A DNA stretch of 64,000 bases from Owenia fusiformis (Eukaryota): contig CAIIXF020000001.1 of NCBI GenBank assembly GCA_903813345.2, forward strand, positions 28,892,001 through 28,956,000, written 5' to 3'. The notes beneath the pieces are model-generated. The model worked only from the letters and a program-made list of their open reading frames with translations, was not told the DNA's origin and ran no database searches. The translations under genes and the position numbers were made by a program. Shown here in pieces: positions 46,801 to 60,867 of this stretch; the first letter of the stretch is position 1; each line of letters opens with the position of its first letter.

Positions 46801-49800
46801 TATGACTGAAGTGAAGATGAAGCAAAAGCAAAGCAAAAACATGCTACTTACCTGGAAGCTAAGATCAGGGTAGCTCACACGTTCTCCCAGCCAGCTGAGG
46901 GTTGCATTAATGAAGGTTAACATTGCCACGAATGCTATCAAGTTGACTACAATACTTGCCACCACTGGAACAGAATCACTTGCACCAGATGCAAAGGCAT
47001 CAATTGAATTCCTAGCTGGACTATAGCAAACAAAGACAGTATTTAGCCCACATATATGTATACATATATACTGAAGGTCACTTCGTGTAAATATTGGACC
47101 AAGTTACGATTTGTGAAAAGTATCTATACATGTAATGTGTATATTAGCAACAATTTATCTTACACTGGCTTATTATATCAAATGAACAAAAATGATGAGA
47201 AAATAGAGGTTAAGGTCCAGCATGCCATTGACCAAATATGACATTGAGTTGGTGTAAATACTGTACGTAAGGTAACTTAGTTTACAGAGCCTGATGATTG
47301 TAAAATCCCCAAAATTTAATAGCCACAAAATTGTGATTTATGGCGTTTGTTTTTACTGGAATAATCAAATCCTTTATTATATTCACCCATGATTTTACTT
47401 CTGCTTTGATAACATAATCTGCTAATGTGCATGGCTGAAATCATGATGACTTACGATTTTTCAAACTTGATATCCTTGACCTCAGCAATAGATGGCTTTT
47501 CTGTCTCTGGGTAGAGGAGACGTGCTATGGCTAGGGCTGCAGGCGCTGACATCAGGCTGGCTGCAACAAGATGACTAGACTCAACCTGTACATAAGAGGT
47601 AAACCATGTTATGACTGAACTCTCGAAAACCTGTACATAAGAGGTAAGCCATGTTATGACTGAACTCTCGAACAGTATTTAGAGTGAGCGCTATCCCAAA
47701 CAATGCGAAGACTGAATTATGTTTAAATAATGCTGAAATTGAGAGTCTGATTGTAACCTGTCCCTTCCCTGAATAATGTTTCGATTAATAAATAAACAAT
47801 TACTGTTGATTAAATCAATTAATTATAAGTAATTTATTCATTTGTTTATCATAAATAATCTGCTGAGTGATTCCTATCATGATTAATATATAGACTAAGC
47901 CTTATCTTGAATGATGTATAAATTGAATCCTATCCCGAATGATGTATCAACTGAAACCTATCTCGAATTATGTATAAACTGAATCCTATCCTGAATGGTG
48001 TATAAACTGAACTCTATCCCGAATGATGTATAAACTGAATCCTAACCCAAATGATGTATAAACTGAACCCTATCCTGAATGGTGTATAAACTGAACCCTA
48101 TCCCGAATGATGTTTAAACTGAACCCTATCCCAAATGATGCATAAACTGAACCCTATCCCGAATGATGTATAAACTGAACCCTATCTCGAATGATGTATA
48201 AACTGAACCCTATCCCAAATGATGCATAAACTGAACCCTATCCTGAATGATGTATTAACTGAATCCTATCCTGAATGGTGTATAAACTGAACCCTATCCT
48301 GAATTATGTATAAACTGAACTCTATCCCGAATGATGTATAAACTGAATCCTATCCAGAATGATGCATAAACTGAACCCTATCCTGAATGATGCATGAACT
48401 GAACCCTATCCTGAATGGTGTATAAACTGAACCCTATCCTTGATGATGCATAAACTGAACCCTATCCCGAATGATGTATAAACTGAACTCTATCCCGAAT
48501 GATGTATAAACTGAACCCTATCCCGAATTATGTCTAAACTGAACTCTATCCCGAATGATGTATAAACTGAATCCTATCCAGAATGATGCATAAACTGAAC
48601 CCTATCCTGAATGATGCATGAACTGAACCCTATGCCGAATGATGTATAAACTGAACCCTATCCCGAATGATGTATAAACTGAACCCTATCCCAACTGATG
48701 CATAAACTGAACTCTATCCCAAATGATTTATAAACTGAACCCTATCCCGAATGATGTTTAAACTGAACCCTATCCCAAATGATGCATAAACTGAACCCTA
48801 TCCCAAATGATGTATAAACTGAATCCTATCCCGAATGGTGTATAAACTGAACCCTATCCCAAATGATGTATAAACTGAACCCTATCCCAAATGATGTATA
48901 AACTGAATCCTATCCCGAATGGTGTATAAACTGAACCCTATCCCAAACAATGTATAAATTGAACCCTACCCCAAATGATGTATAGACAGCAAGAAGGCCA
49001 AAATCCACTGTTGAGAAGCCACTGGTCATAGCAGAGTGGAGCTCAGATATTGTCATCTTGGCAAGAAAACCAGAAACTGTGAGTAATGATGTTGTCTACA
49101 AGCAACAAAAAAACATTTAGAATCTTGACTAATTGCATTTTTTATATTACTTTAACTGTATACCAAAAGTACTGTATATACCTGAATTAGTGAAGTAATA
49201 TGACTTCATCCATTTTAGGGATACTAATACTATTAGTTCAACTCACTGGCCCAGTAAAGACATTTGCAGCTGCTATGAAGGACTCAGTTGGTATGGTACC
49301 CATGATGACCTGCATCATCCAGCCAAACTTGCGGATCCCCACCTGTATGACCCCCCAGTGGTACAATAATGCATTGATGGCAGCAAAGAATGTGATAACT
49401 GGCATGACCTGTAAGGTAAAGTAAGCAAATTATAATAATTTAGGTAGGGTTATTCCTGGATTTTCATGCATTGATATGCTTATTGAATTTTCTCTTGATG
49501 GCCCTGGGCTATAAACTGAAAGGCCTTACCTGTACATTTTTCTTTTTATAAAGGCTCAATGGCCTATTTTTGAAAAACCATGATAAATGCTCTCCCAGCA
49601 TTTATTTGAAAATATTCATGCTATGGATTGAAATATTTAGCACACATTTTATTCTACAAAAAGTATTTTATAGCCAGCTCCAGGTGCTATTTTCCTCAAA
49701 ATAAAACTCCACATGAGTTGCTTTTAAAATATTTTTAATAAAAAGTCAATAACAAATGAGTGGAACATAAAGAGAATTTTTTTTCTTTATTCTGGTGCAA

Positions 49801-52800
49801 CTACTTAACTCTAAATACATTTCTCACATTCCGATTCGTTTGCTATATGCAATTTTAATTCTCTCGAAAGTACCTATGTTCTATACCATACCATACCATA
49901 CCTGGAATACAAACATATGCTCTAAGTAGGCATCACCAAACACAAATTTTGATCCAAAGTCTGCATAATTAAGGAACATTGTGATCTGGTCCCCTAGCCA
50001 TTGAAAGGCTATCAGTCCATATGACCAACGTAAAATTAAGAGGCCGAATATGAATTGTAACACCATTCCTGATAGCACAAGACTCCAGTTCACCTACAAC
50101 CATGTTCAATATGTGGTCAATATGTGTATTCATTTGAGATCATATTTTGGAAATTAAATTATGATGTATAATGCTGTGCGAAATGGATGGATTGATATTC
50201 ATATACTGTACGCCCGGTATTATTTGCGAGCTTTAATTTCGCGAATTTTGCGAAAACACGGTTTCGCGGCTATTAAATTTCGCGAAAATGGAGGGGATCC
50301 CCCTTAATCTTAATGTGCAAGAGCTTCTTAAAAGACCGAACTGTCGATTCGGAGATTTTGAAGTGTTTAGCAGCGCTTGAATTGCCATTCAGTAATGCGT
50401 GCCGGGCTATGTTTGCCCTTTCTGCATCGTTATACACCTTATATGTCCCGCGTTTGGAATTGGACTTCATGTTATCTTTTGCAATTTGCACTTCATTTGC
50501 AATGATGTCATCGATATCATTATTTGGCCTACTGGTGGTACTGGGCCGAATCAGCCAATGTAAAATGGACATTACTGAAGTCCTGAAGATCGTGGATATC
50601 CAATTATCGCCCAATAACACTAGACGAAACGTTTACACAAAACGAAATGCATCAGAGCCCTGGCAATTGGCAATTTCGCGACGATAATTTTTCGCGATTT
50701 TAACACGAAAAGCGAAAAGCGCAAAAGTTAATCGCACGCGAATAATACCGGGCGTACAGTAGATATTTTATGAAGACTCTTTAGGGCTCTTTCAGACCTA
50801 TAATGTCGGTGCTCAGAAGTTTTTGAATTCATCAAGGAAAACGATTAACATACAGTATAATCTTTAGATATTACCTTAACTGCATTTTTTGATCCCACAA
50901 ATGCTAGCAATAAGAAGGCCAATATGCCTCCTACAGACACCAGCTTATAAGGTTTCCTAGAGGCATCAATGCCAATGAACACTATGATAGCTATTGCTAC
51001 TATAACATACCATACCCTAAAAAGAAATGAAATCAGGGTTACCTTATTACACTCATGGCAGTTGTTAAATCAAATGTGAATCAAACATGCGCAAAGGTAT
51101 TAAATATAAAATGTTAATCTGCCTGACTTATCTTTATTTATCTTATACGAGGCTTGTTTCTGGTTTTAATTGGTTGGATGAATATCAAAATTTTAAATGG
51201 TTTTGAGTAAGTACTGTTTTCTCAGGTGGAGATTTTAGGTGAATATCAAAACATTTTGAGTAGGGTTGTCCCAGGTATATTATCATTCTTTTTAACTAAC
51301 ATGAAATTTAACAAAGGGATGTTCATGTACACAGAGATATGATATGATTGATTACCAAAGATCAAAGAAGAACATCATCATATCATTTCTTGATCCCTAG
51401 AATCTAATATACAGAATGATAATTTTTATTATCATTTATATTAATTTGACGTCTGTGTAGTTTTACATACAGTATAAAAGTTGTAAATGCCTGTATTATA
51501 TAAACTAATAACCTATATTATATGTCATACTGAGTGACACAAAAATTCCACCCACTAATTTTGGAATTTCTCAATAATTAAGGAATCTTCATAATTTTCA
51601 TAATTATAATTGGTATGCTTTCATAGCATCAAATACTTGGAAATTAAGAGATATCTCATTTTCCGCGGAGGCATGGCCTGACACAAAATCACTCAAAAAT
51701 ATAAATTAGAAAATCTGTCTTTCTTAAAATTTACATAATAAGTGAATCAGTTTATCAAATTAAATGGATAGATATGACATATTATTGATAATGTTTAGAA
51801 AATTGTATTTTTGGAAATTTTTTGACGATTTCACCGAGAGCATGCCTGGACGGAAAATGTGATATCTCTAATTCTGAAGATGGAGAGTGGCATTTTTGTG
51901 TCAACCTGTTTGTATGAATTATATTGTTGTTTCTAATGTTTACTGAATTGAACCTTCCACATCAATATTTAAATGATAACTACATTTCCCTTTGAAGTAG
52001 TTAAGAAAAGAAGGACAAATAGAATTCTTGTTGAGGCACCTGAGAAGTAAATACAACATGCACAATTTGCAATTTTTTAGCCACATTTTCTGTGATAACT
52101 ATGAAGCACATGCTTTTCATTTAGAGACATTTCATATATCTGTACATTAATTTCCATTGATAGATTGTTCTATTGAAGTTTATCTAGTGGTGTCAAAACT
52201 AGAATGGGTAAGGCACTTGAGTGGCTGTCAAACAAATAATATATGAACCCTAGGATGGGCTTGTCACTTTATCAGTGCATGGTAAACAGCTCATTTCTTG
52301 CAATTAAGTATAGTATAGGAATAGTACTTTCTTCCAAGGGACAGTTTTTCTCTATGAAGCAGAGATATATGTAATAGAGCCTAGTTAGAATATGTAATAG
52401 AGCCTAGTTAGAATATGTAATAGAGCCTAGTTAGAATAAAATTATAATTAAATTAACCCTTCAGGAACCCCATCATGCATATCATGTCATATATTTTCTG
52501 AACTACCAAATGCAGATAAAACAAATGGTGTTTTGATTCATGCTTTGTATGGCAGAGAATCATTTGTTTCATTAATAGCTATAGATTGTGAAAACTATAA
52601 CTGATTACTTATTACATGTGGTTGATAAATCAGTTGAACCTATTTGAAAATGCATATATAATCATTTGTAAATTTTTATGATGTAAACATTGAAATTGAT
52701 AACATCAGAAATGAAACTTGGCAAACTAATATGTTTTGAGTACAGGATTAAAATTATTTATATGATATTTTTCCTCTTATTATTCTACGTCATGATGAAA

Positions 52801-53311
52801 TATAAAACTCCTTATTTCAAATATACAAAAATGTATGATACACTTACCAGCGTAATTTATTCCATTTTGTTTCTACAAAGTGAATTGGTTTTTCTAGGAC
52901 CTTAAGAATTTTGGGTCCGAGATATTTTTTGATGAGATTGTATATTACAAAGAATATAACAATGGCTGTTATAACGATCAATGGTATGGCACCCTGAATG
53001 TTCCAGTACATTGCATATACCAGATATGCTCCATATAGCAGTAGCCCCAGTACAAATGCAGCATATTTGATGGACTTTTTATGTGCCATATACATGGTGC
53101 TCATTTTGTTTTGAATTTTAGCAACAAAATGATTCTTGTCCGTATCTTCTTCTTCTTCTTCTTCTTCTTCATGCTGTACGTTTGGGAGAACATCTTGATG
53201 ATGTGACTTTTCTTGAATGTTAAATGTTTCCATATTGGCTCCATCTGATACAGTATTGACATATTCAGGTATATCTGCCCCGTGATTATTGATTCCTATA
53301 TTTGATACCAT
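43861..53311 (-). CDS. SLC28 family (concentrative nucleoside transporter-like) protein, about 587 aa
   Basis: 11 exons in frame: 53311-52848, 51016-50875, 50093-49902, 49408-49247, 49095-48970, 47585-47455, 47020-46852, 46473-46297, 45920-45815, 44154-44080, 43880-43861 (1764 nt). Motifs LQFIFGLLILRW, GSKFVFG, FQVMPVITFF, SELHSAMT.GF, HLVAASLMSAPAALA..LYPE, NLIAFVA, LSFQLICSY, IATYA.CGFANF, ACFTTACIAG. Confidence 0.95.
44242..45612. mobile_element. PIF/Harbinger-type non-autonomous element
   Basis: TIRs GGCTACGTTCACACCAA / TTGGTGTGAACATAGCT; TTA at 44239-44241 and 45613-45615; long internal inverted repeats; left terminus tandemly duplicated (second copy from ~44408). Confidence 0.85.
47900..48985. 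repeat. 30-bp minisatellite, about 36 copies, continuous with the SLC28 exon 5 donor
   Basis: Unit AAACTGAACCCTATCCCGAATGATGTAT-like; the last copy is the exon end and donor at 48970/48969. Confidence 0.95.
50206..50759 (-). mobile_element. Internally deleted pogo/Tc1-mariner element with a transposase N-terminal HTH remnant
   Basis: TA-CTGTACGCCCGGTATTAT ... ATAATACCGGGCGTACAG-TA; ORF 50273-50620 (-) has KRGTYKVY..AERANIARHA..GNSSAAKHFKISESTVRSFKK. Confidence 0.85.
51530..51908. mobile_element. Tc1/mariner-like MITE
   Basis: Imperfect TIRs CTGAGTGACACAAAAATTCCAC / GTGGCATTTTTGTGTCAACCTG plus an internal inverted repeat. Confidence 0.55.
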
Positions 53312-55315
53312 CTTATTTTTCTTTGCTTTATTGAATATTTTAAATCAATTTTAGCTAACTTATGCTGGTGAATTTATTTCTGGCATGATGTCTAACTTTG
53401 AATCCAAGTTGTTCTATATGATTAGATTTGAACTTATAAGTACTTCATGTATATCATATCAATACAAGTCTACTGAGGCTTATAGCCTTATATATTAGAA
53501 AACTGAAAGCAATTTTACAACACAATTCATTGTAGATATCATTCAAGTGGCTCTTACATACACAATTCATAAATCTATACATGAATCCTGAATCAATTCT
53601 ACAAGGGCTGTCCTATATTCAAAAGTAAATATTTTGTTATTAGATTGACAAACATATTAAGTAGAATAGCGGGCTCATTTTTCACCCCAAAATTGTAACT
53701 AGCAAAAATGTGTGTTTACTGGGTGAAGCGATATCTGAAGTGTTTGGATCACAAAGTTAGATATTTGAAAAATTAAGAACATAGTACAATCCTGATAGGC
53801 ATCTCCGGACATACAATTAAAAGGTATACCAAATTAATTTCATATTAAAGTGAAGGTATAATTCCTTTCTTAATGAACATTAATTTAATTTCAGCCTTGA
53901 ATGATATAAACTCTTAATTTGAGATCATTTAGTTCAGAATTTATTGAACAACCCTCGTATTTATTGTCATGTATATTTTTATTACACGCTGAATAAGCAT
54001 TTTCAAAATTTAGATGATATACAATTAATTCATGTATTTCTTATTATTTATTTAATAGATTTCCATCATGTGGCTATAATGTTGATATAGAATGTAATAT
54101 TTCAGTTTGAGATTATTTCACTTATATATAGTATTTAATATAAGTATTTAATATTAAGAAATGTAGTAACCTTGAGGTGTGGATACCTTTTGGCATGCAA
54201 TGGTTTAATCCATGTTAAAAGCAAAACTGCATTGAAGTAGGGCTTATTTATTTACTTCAACTTTGGTTTGCGCCCTAATTTTTGCACAATTCTGTTTTGC
54301 ATTCATTAAGATTAGAGGCAAGACATTAACATTCAAAATGTCACCACCTCCCATTTGTTACAGATGCCTACCGCCAGTTGTTGCAGATGCTGAACACAAT
54401 CCACAAAAAGTTGAAGACTATAACAGTATGTCAACACTTCTGGTGGAGACATAAAAAGTTGAAACACAATATAACTATAGAGAATGAACAGAAGGGGATA
54501 TAGGCATTAAGAAAAATAGCCTGGAGAAAAATTAAAAGAAATATCATTAATAATTTCTATAGTAGTCATTGAATCAATGGGTATAATGATGCCATTATAA
54601 GAGAACAATAAACAGTGGAATTAGCCTGAATTCTTAACTTATTCAAAGACAAGCTGGCTCAGTTAAGAGGTCATAACTTAACCATATACATGTAAAGGGC
54701 CTTTATAAGAATTAGAAACTGTCAACAAGTATAGATATAGATCACTCTGGCCTAGTATTGATTGGGCTTAGGATTTAAATTGAACCTTATTTGAAAAAAA
54801 CATTCCTTTAAACTCTGTACTGATCATATGGTATGAAATGAAAATTATTGTACCCTACTCTTGCTAAAGTTAAGATTAGAGATTTGAATTTAATGATTCA
54901 GCTCATAAATAGGCTTTTTGTAAAGAAATGAAAACACCTATTTTTCTAAGAAATTCTAAGAATTCAACTTCATAGGTTGTGAATATGTGAGCATTGTCTC
55001 AACTATACATGTTTGTATGTATTCTAGTATTATAAGACTTATCAGATAACACTGTAAGTCACATTGACCCATGCTGCTCAATTCAATAGTTATATCCCAA
55101 AGAACAAAGTTTGGTAGGGATAATGAAACTCTCTGTATAATATGTCTGTCAGTCTGTCCAGAAGATACTAGTAAGTGTAATACTAGTGGACAGATTTTTT
55201 TGCAAGTTTAAAAAAATAAAAGCAACATAGTAGTAATAATATTCACAATATGCATTTATTCCGTGTTTCTCAGCCTGACCCCAAGGGTGGTCGGGAGAAC
55301 AGGTATTTTTGTTAA

Positions 55316-55706
55316 AGGACGATTCTCGGTTTGGAGAACGAAGTTCATCAATCTAACTGAGCATTATCCCTGCTTCGGACAAATTTGATTTTTTTACATG
55401 ATAAAGATTTGAATGTCTTCTTTTGAATAGTCATAATTTAATTTGGGTAATATTTCTAGATTTTTCGCAAAAAAATATTAGCTCAGTACACTGATGGACT
55501 TCTTTCCCCGAATCGAGACTTGTATTTATATTTAATCGGTCTATTTGAGCATTATCCCTGCTTCAGACCAATTTGTTATCTTTACATCTTGTAGATTTAA
55601 ATGTCCTCTTTTGAATATTCATAGTTTAATTTGGGTAATATTTCTATATTTTTCATGAAAAAAATTATTAGCCCAGGAGACTGTTCTCCAAACCGAGAAT
55701 CGTCCT
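55316..55706. mobile_element. Kolobok-like MITE with an internal ~190-bp-period direct duplication
   Basis: Perfect TIR AGGACGATTCTCGGTTTGGAGAAC / GTTCTCCAAACCGAGAATCGTCCT; TTAA on the left, TTGA on the right. Confidence 0.75.
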
Positions 55707-56061
55707 TTGAGATCTTTGTGAAGTATAGCTTTATCATTCTCAATTGTAAGGCAATTAAGAGTGCATGTAGATTGCAAATATTGTATAATTTTTTTAATTG
55801 GGGATTCAGAAAATTCAAAGTGGCTGCCTCATGTGGGATTTTGCAATAGTTTCCTAATTTCTTCAAAGTATGGCTATATTTTACTTAAATTGAAGGAATT
55901 TTAGAGTAGATCACACTTATGGTATATTTGTTTTTCTGATTCTTGCCTCAATTCAAAATGGCTGCCTAAAGCGGGAATTCGCAGTGATGTTGAGATCTTT
56001 GATTCTTTTCAAAGTATCAAACACTACATTCTGACATTAGATCTCAAATATTGAATATCCC

Positions 56062-56486
56062 AGATGCGAGTAGAAATAATCTTGATTTACGTCATTAAAA
56101 ATTCACAATTCAGTCAAACTGATGTCATATTTGGAATCTACATGTAAAATTACATTTAGAAATGTGGTTTTGAAAAGAGTTTATCAACTTTGAAAATTTA
56201 ATTTTCTTTGAAAATGTGACTTCTAGGTCGGGGAGATTCCCCATAGAGCCCATGTTGTAAAGCCACAAAAGGTGAAATATCTTTTCTTGTGTTGGGCAGA
56301 TAATATTTTCTTTTACTGGACATATTTTAATTTGTATAACTAACAGATACATAAAGGTAATATGAAAAGTGAACCATTAAAACTCATGCATGTTCAAGTT
56401 TAAGGGAATTTTGTAATACCCTGCCATGTTAATTCCCCCGAATCAGCCACCTGGTGGCGAAACTGGTAACTACCTACTCGCATCTG
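56062..56486. mobile_element. MITE with AGATGCGAGTAG termini
   Basis: Inverted termini AGATGCGAGTAG / CTACTCGCATCT; a second partial copy lies at 32960-33237. Confidence 0.65.
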
Positions 56487-57314
56487 AGTAATTGTCTTCA
56501 TGATTTGAGCCTTTGAAAGTCTTAAATGGTCACCAAATGCTTAGATTGATGGAAATTCTGATATATCACAAATGTCTGTCTTTTATTATCTCCAAATCAA
56601 TACAAGGGTAGAGCAGATGGTAAAAACAGATTCATGAATGTAGTATTTGTTGGGATTTGCTACTCCATGGAGTTGTCAATTTCTAGTTGTTATAGTGTAG
56701 ACATGCCATATCTAACATACAGCTTTTTATGTTAAAGGCAAATCAGATCTATAATGGGTGAGAAAATTGCGAGCAACATGTACATTTCCTGGACTAAAGT
56801 ACAAATGTACATTATGTCGGCCTACTTTGGGGATACTTAGCAAATATACATGACAAGGAATGATATGAGCCAAAAATATTGTTTTCTTGCTTGCTGATAT
56901 CTGATTCTCTCTTTCCTACTGACTACAACAGATTTTCGGGACTCAATATTCTCCATTTTACCATATTGCTATTACTATAATTTAGGTGTGATATTGTTCA
57001 CTTATTAATATAAGTTTATGCTATTTCCATTCTCATATGCATCACATATTTGCTTTCACAGGCCCAGGAAGATGTAAATCCCCCTCCCCCCAGTCACTAT
57101 ATTGCTAATGTAAAAAAATAATGTATTTTATAAGACTTGAGTATACTGTTGCCATTGACTCGTGTTATTTATCCCTCAATCCATCTCCTCTTCTTCCCTC
57201 TACATGACTCAAACTATTTTTACATTTCTCAAACTATTTTTACAGAACTCAAACTATTTTTACATGGCTCAACCTATTTTTCATGTTAATTCAAAATTTG
57301 TACACTCAACTATT

Positions 57315-58130
57315 GAAGGGCTAGGCAGAAACACAAATAGATTAAATTGCTAATTTCTCAAAGATGAATAATGTTAGTGACAATTCGCAGGTACTATCCT
57401 TTGTATCACTATGCCCTCTTTCATATGGTTCCAAGATGTTCTATTTTCCTCCACAGATGACTGAGCAATGAGGGATTTAAGTGACCAAGTCGGAAGTGGG
57501 TTTGTGCCACTTTCAGCCAAGTCAATTCATTATCATAACATAGTGATAGGTAACAATAAACATCAGGATATTACTCTTTTACTTATTTATTCCAATTAAA
57601 GTTACACATATCATATTTACCACCCCTTTTCAATCCTAATGACTAGTCATTGTTTTAACCCCAGTGTCCTTCGACACGACCCCCATTCCTTTCAAGGCAG
57701 GTGTCTGCCCTAGATCTCATAGCACATACTGCATCCCTGTTGATGTCTCTCTGTCCCCTTAGATCCTCCACTGCTGCAACAATCCTGGGCTTTAGATTAT
57801 CAATGCCTCTTGGTAATGTTGTGGATACTTTATCCTTGAGATAACCCCAAAGGAAGTAGTCACAAGGTGCAAAACCATCCTGGCATAGCCATTTTAATAC
57901 CCCATTGTTCAATCATTCACGAAAGAAAAAGTGGCACAAACCCATTTCTGACATGGTCGCTTAAATCCCTTAGAACTCAGCCATACGTGAAAAAAATAGA
58001 CAACTTTGGTATCATTATAAGAAAGAAAACATCATAACCTGTCGGAAGGTAGCTGTGAAATTATACTATTATTATTCATATTTGAGAAATAAGCAATTAA
58101 ATCTTGGTTTCCTTTTTTGAGACACCCTGT
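57315..58130 (-). mobile_element. Deleted Tc1/mariner element with long TIRs and a transposase C-terminal remnant
   Basis: ORF 57655-57912 (-) has PCDYFLWGYLKDKV....R...CLERNGGRVE; diverged inverted repeats at ~57315-57530 and ~57915-58130; right end GACACCCTG-TA. Confidence 0.8.
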
Positions 58131-59214
58131 ATTAACCAATATGACACCAGGGAGTCAATAAAAGCTTGTCTTTGCCTATTTTTACATTTTTGAGAAAACT
58201 TGCATTGTAAATAGATTCCTTTAATAGCATTTCATTGATTTTAATCACTTGAAATACTTATTTTATCAAATTTACCTATTCACAATTCCTGAATCAAAAA
58301 ATAAGAAAAAAGCTTTCACAGCCTTTACATGCACATTAAATTGGATTTTTTCAAAATTTCAAGTGTTTTCAAAAGGTTTAATAAACCAGTTATAAAAACC
58401 TAACCTTATTCCATTAAACATCTCCATTGAGAGACATCGTGGTACGTTTTCATTCATTTGATAACTACATTGGCTTAGAGCATGGTCATATTCATGTTTA
58501 GTATGAACTCTCAAAAATAAAATCAGTTGTTTGTCTTGCAACTATAATTATCCCCCATATATCTTTCCCATATTCCCATATCCAGGTCATCATTCTATGT
58601 AGATATTTTGACTACCCAAACTCAATCACTATAAGAATCTACATCTGACATGCATTATTTCATTTAGATGTTTATTGTATCTGAATTTCTTAATAAGCCC
58701 ATTTAAAACAGAAATATATACTTTTTTTTAAAGTTTAAAGATATATAATTTAAAATTTAAAGTCTTTTTAAAGTTTTTATTTTACATTAAGCAGTATTAC
58801 AATTACAATAAATAATAATAAAAAAATGTATTTAAAACAATTTCATTGACAAGGTTGTACATATTAATGTTATAACTTATAATAGGTTGCAGATATTTGT
58901 GCCAAGTACAAATTGATATTTTATAGTTTCTCCATATTTTGTAATTTCATTGAAGAACCTCCTAGAAAAATCCATAAAGTTCATGAGAGAAGTAAATGGA
59001 CTATTCCAACACTCATTACAACAACAAACTGCACTAACAACATACAAGAGATGTCTCAAAGCATAGCTTATTCATGCAAATCACAACATGGTAACAGTAA
59101 CCAGGTAGAGTATATTACTGCTCTCATGAAGCAGTCATTGTATAATATATGTTGCTCATTGGTTTGACTTTCCAACTTTCCAAATGTCACAAAAACAAAG
59201 GCTGGAACTCTTAA

Positions 59215-59662
59215 AGGCCCCAAACAAAGTTTCAACCTCTTTGGCTAATACTGTAGAATTACCTGATGTTATTTAAGAAATGATAATGTGAAATTTTATT
59301 AAAAAATTCAAAATGTGGTACTGTTTGAGCAACTTTTTAGTTCAAAGTTGAATTTGTCAAACATTCATGCACTTTTCAGGCCACACTGACATGACTGATG
59401 AACTTTGAGTGTTATTGGGATATAGCATACATGTATTGCTTTTAAGCGTGTGTCCTTTGCTCAAGCTTTCCAAAGGTATTAAGAAAATAATGTGTTTGAC
59501 GATGTATAGTAGAATATTTCCTGATTTAAAGATTTCGAAAATGGTGGGAGTATTTGAAAAATAAAAATGCCAATAATTTCTTTAAAAATCTGTTTTTTTA
59601 CTGTTTGGAATTACTCATAAATGAATGATAAAAAACATATTTTTTAACTCTGCATGGGGCCT
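59215..59662. mobile_element. Kolobok-like MITE
   Basis: TTAA-AGGCCCCA...TGGGGCCT-TTAA. Confidence 0.65.
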
Positions 59663-60169
59663 TTAAATAAAAAAAATAAAAACAGCATAATTAAAAATCT
59701 GTGCTTATAAAACTGATTCTAATCTAATGTTATACTAATGAGAACAATTGTATTGTAGGTACATATACATACAAGTAGACACCATGGCCTTGAGTTATGC
59801 AATACAGTATTCTATTATTGCCAATTTTAATCACTGGTATATAAGCTGATTTATAAAAAAAACATTTTTAGCAAAATAGATCATATAAAATATGGCACAT
59901 GCATGAGTGGGTTTGGGGTAGATGTCCTGCTCCAGACCAAATGCGGGCAGATATAATATATCCATCCTGCTCCCGGAATTTTTCAAAAATTTAAAAAAGT
60001 TTTTAAAATTTTTCAAAAAGTTCAAATGTTACAATTGTATTGAACTAAAGGAATATTATAAAAATTTTAAAATAAACTGTGCTTTCACAGTAACGATCTA
60101 TCTTTTCATTTGAAAAAGGTGGAAAATGTTATATCTAGCCCAAACCCACTCACGTATGAGATACACCAA

Positions 60170-60495
60170 TTATGTACGGTCAGTTTTGGATATAGGGTAT
60201 ATCCCTCGGGATATATTTATTTGAGGTGTCACACCAACCTGAAGTTGACCAGAATCTCGGATCGGAAGGGTCGGGTCACGAACAACTACTTACCAATTTC
60301 GAGTTGGGTCAGGACTCAGAACACTCAGGAATATCATAAGTTATCTTAAAATTCTTTATATTTCCCGCAAAATTTCCAACTTTTTTTTTCAAACCCGTGA
60401 CACCCCTAATATTTATATCTCTTCCCTTGGTCTCTCGGGAGATATAAATATATCCCTCAGGATATATCCTCTATCCAAAACCTCCCAGTACATAA
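60170..60495. mobile_element. Palindromic MITE
   Basis: TTATGTAC..GTTTTGGATATAGGGTATATCCCTCGGGATATATTTAT versus ATAAATATATCCCTCAGGATATATCCTCTATCCAAAAC..GTACATAA. Confidence 0.6.
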
Positions 60496-60867
60496 CCCTT
60501 ATATACAAGTTGTATATATTTCATATACATATAAAAATGCCACATTTTCCAAAAAATTGATTTTGGATACTATTCAATATGACAAATCATTCCTTAACCA
60601 ATTACTACAATGTGGTAGAGATTATACATGTGATTTATTACTTGCAAACTCTGATGATGGAATTACATTTGCTTCGAACAATCAGTAAGTATGTGGTTGA
60701 GGTTTTTGTACAAGCAGTAATATATCATATGAATCATCAAAAATACTTGCAGTAAAATGAAAACAATGATACAATCATTTATAACAACACTTGTATTCTT
60801 AAAATACAGTAAAATCACCACATTCATTCATTTGATAGGACAATTAGAAAAACACATGGACATTAAT

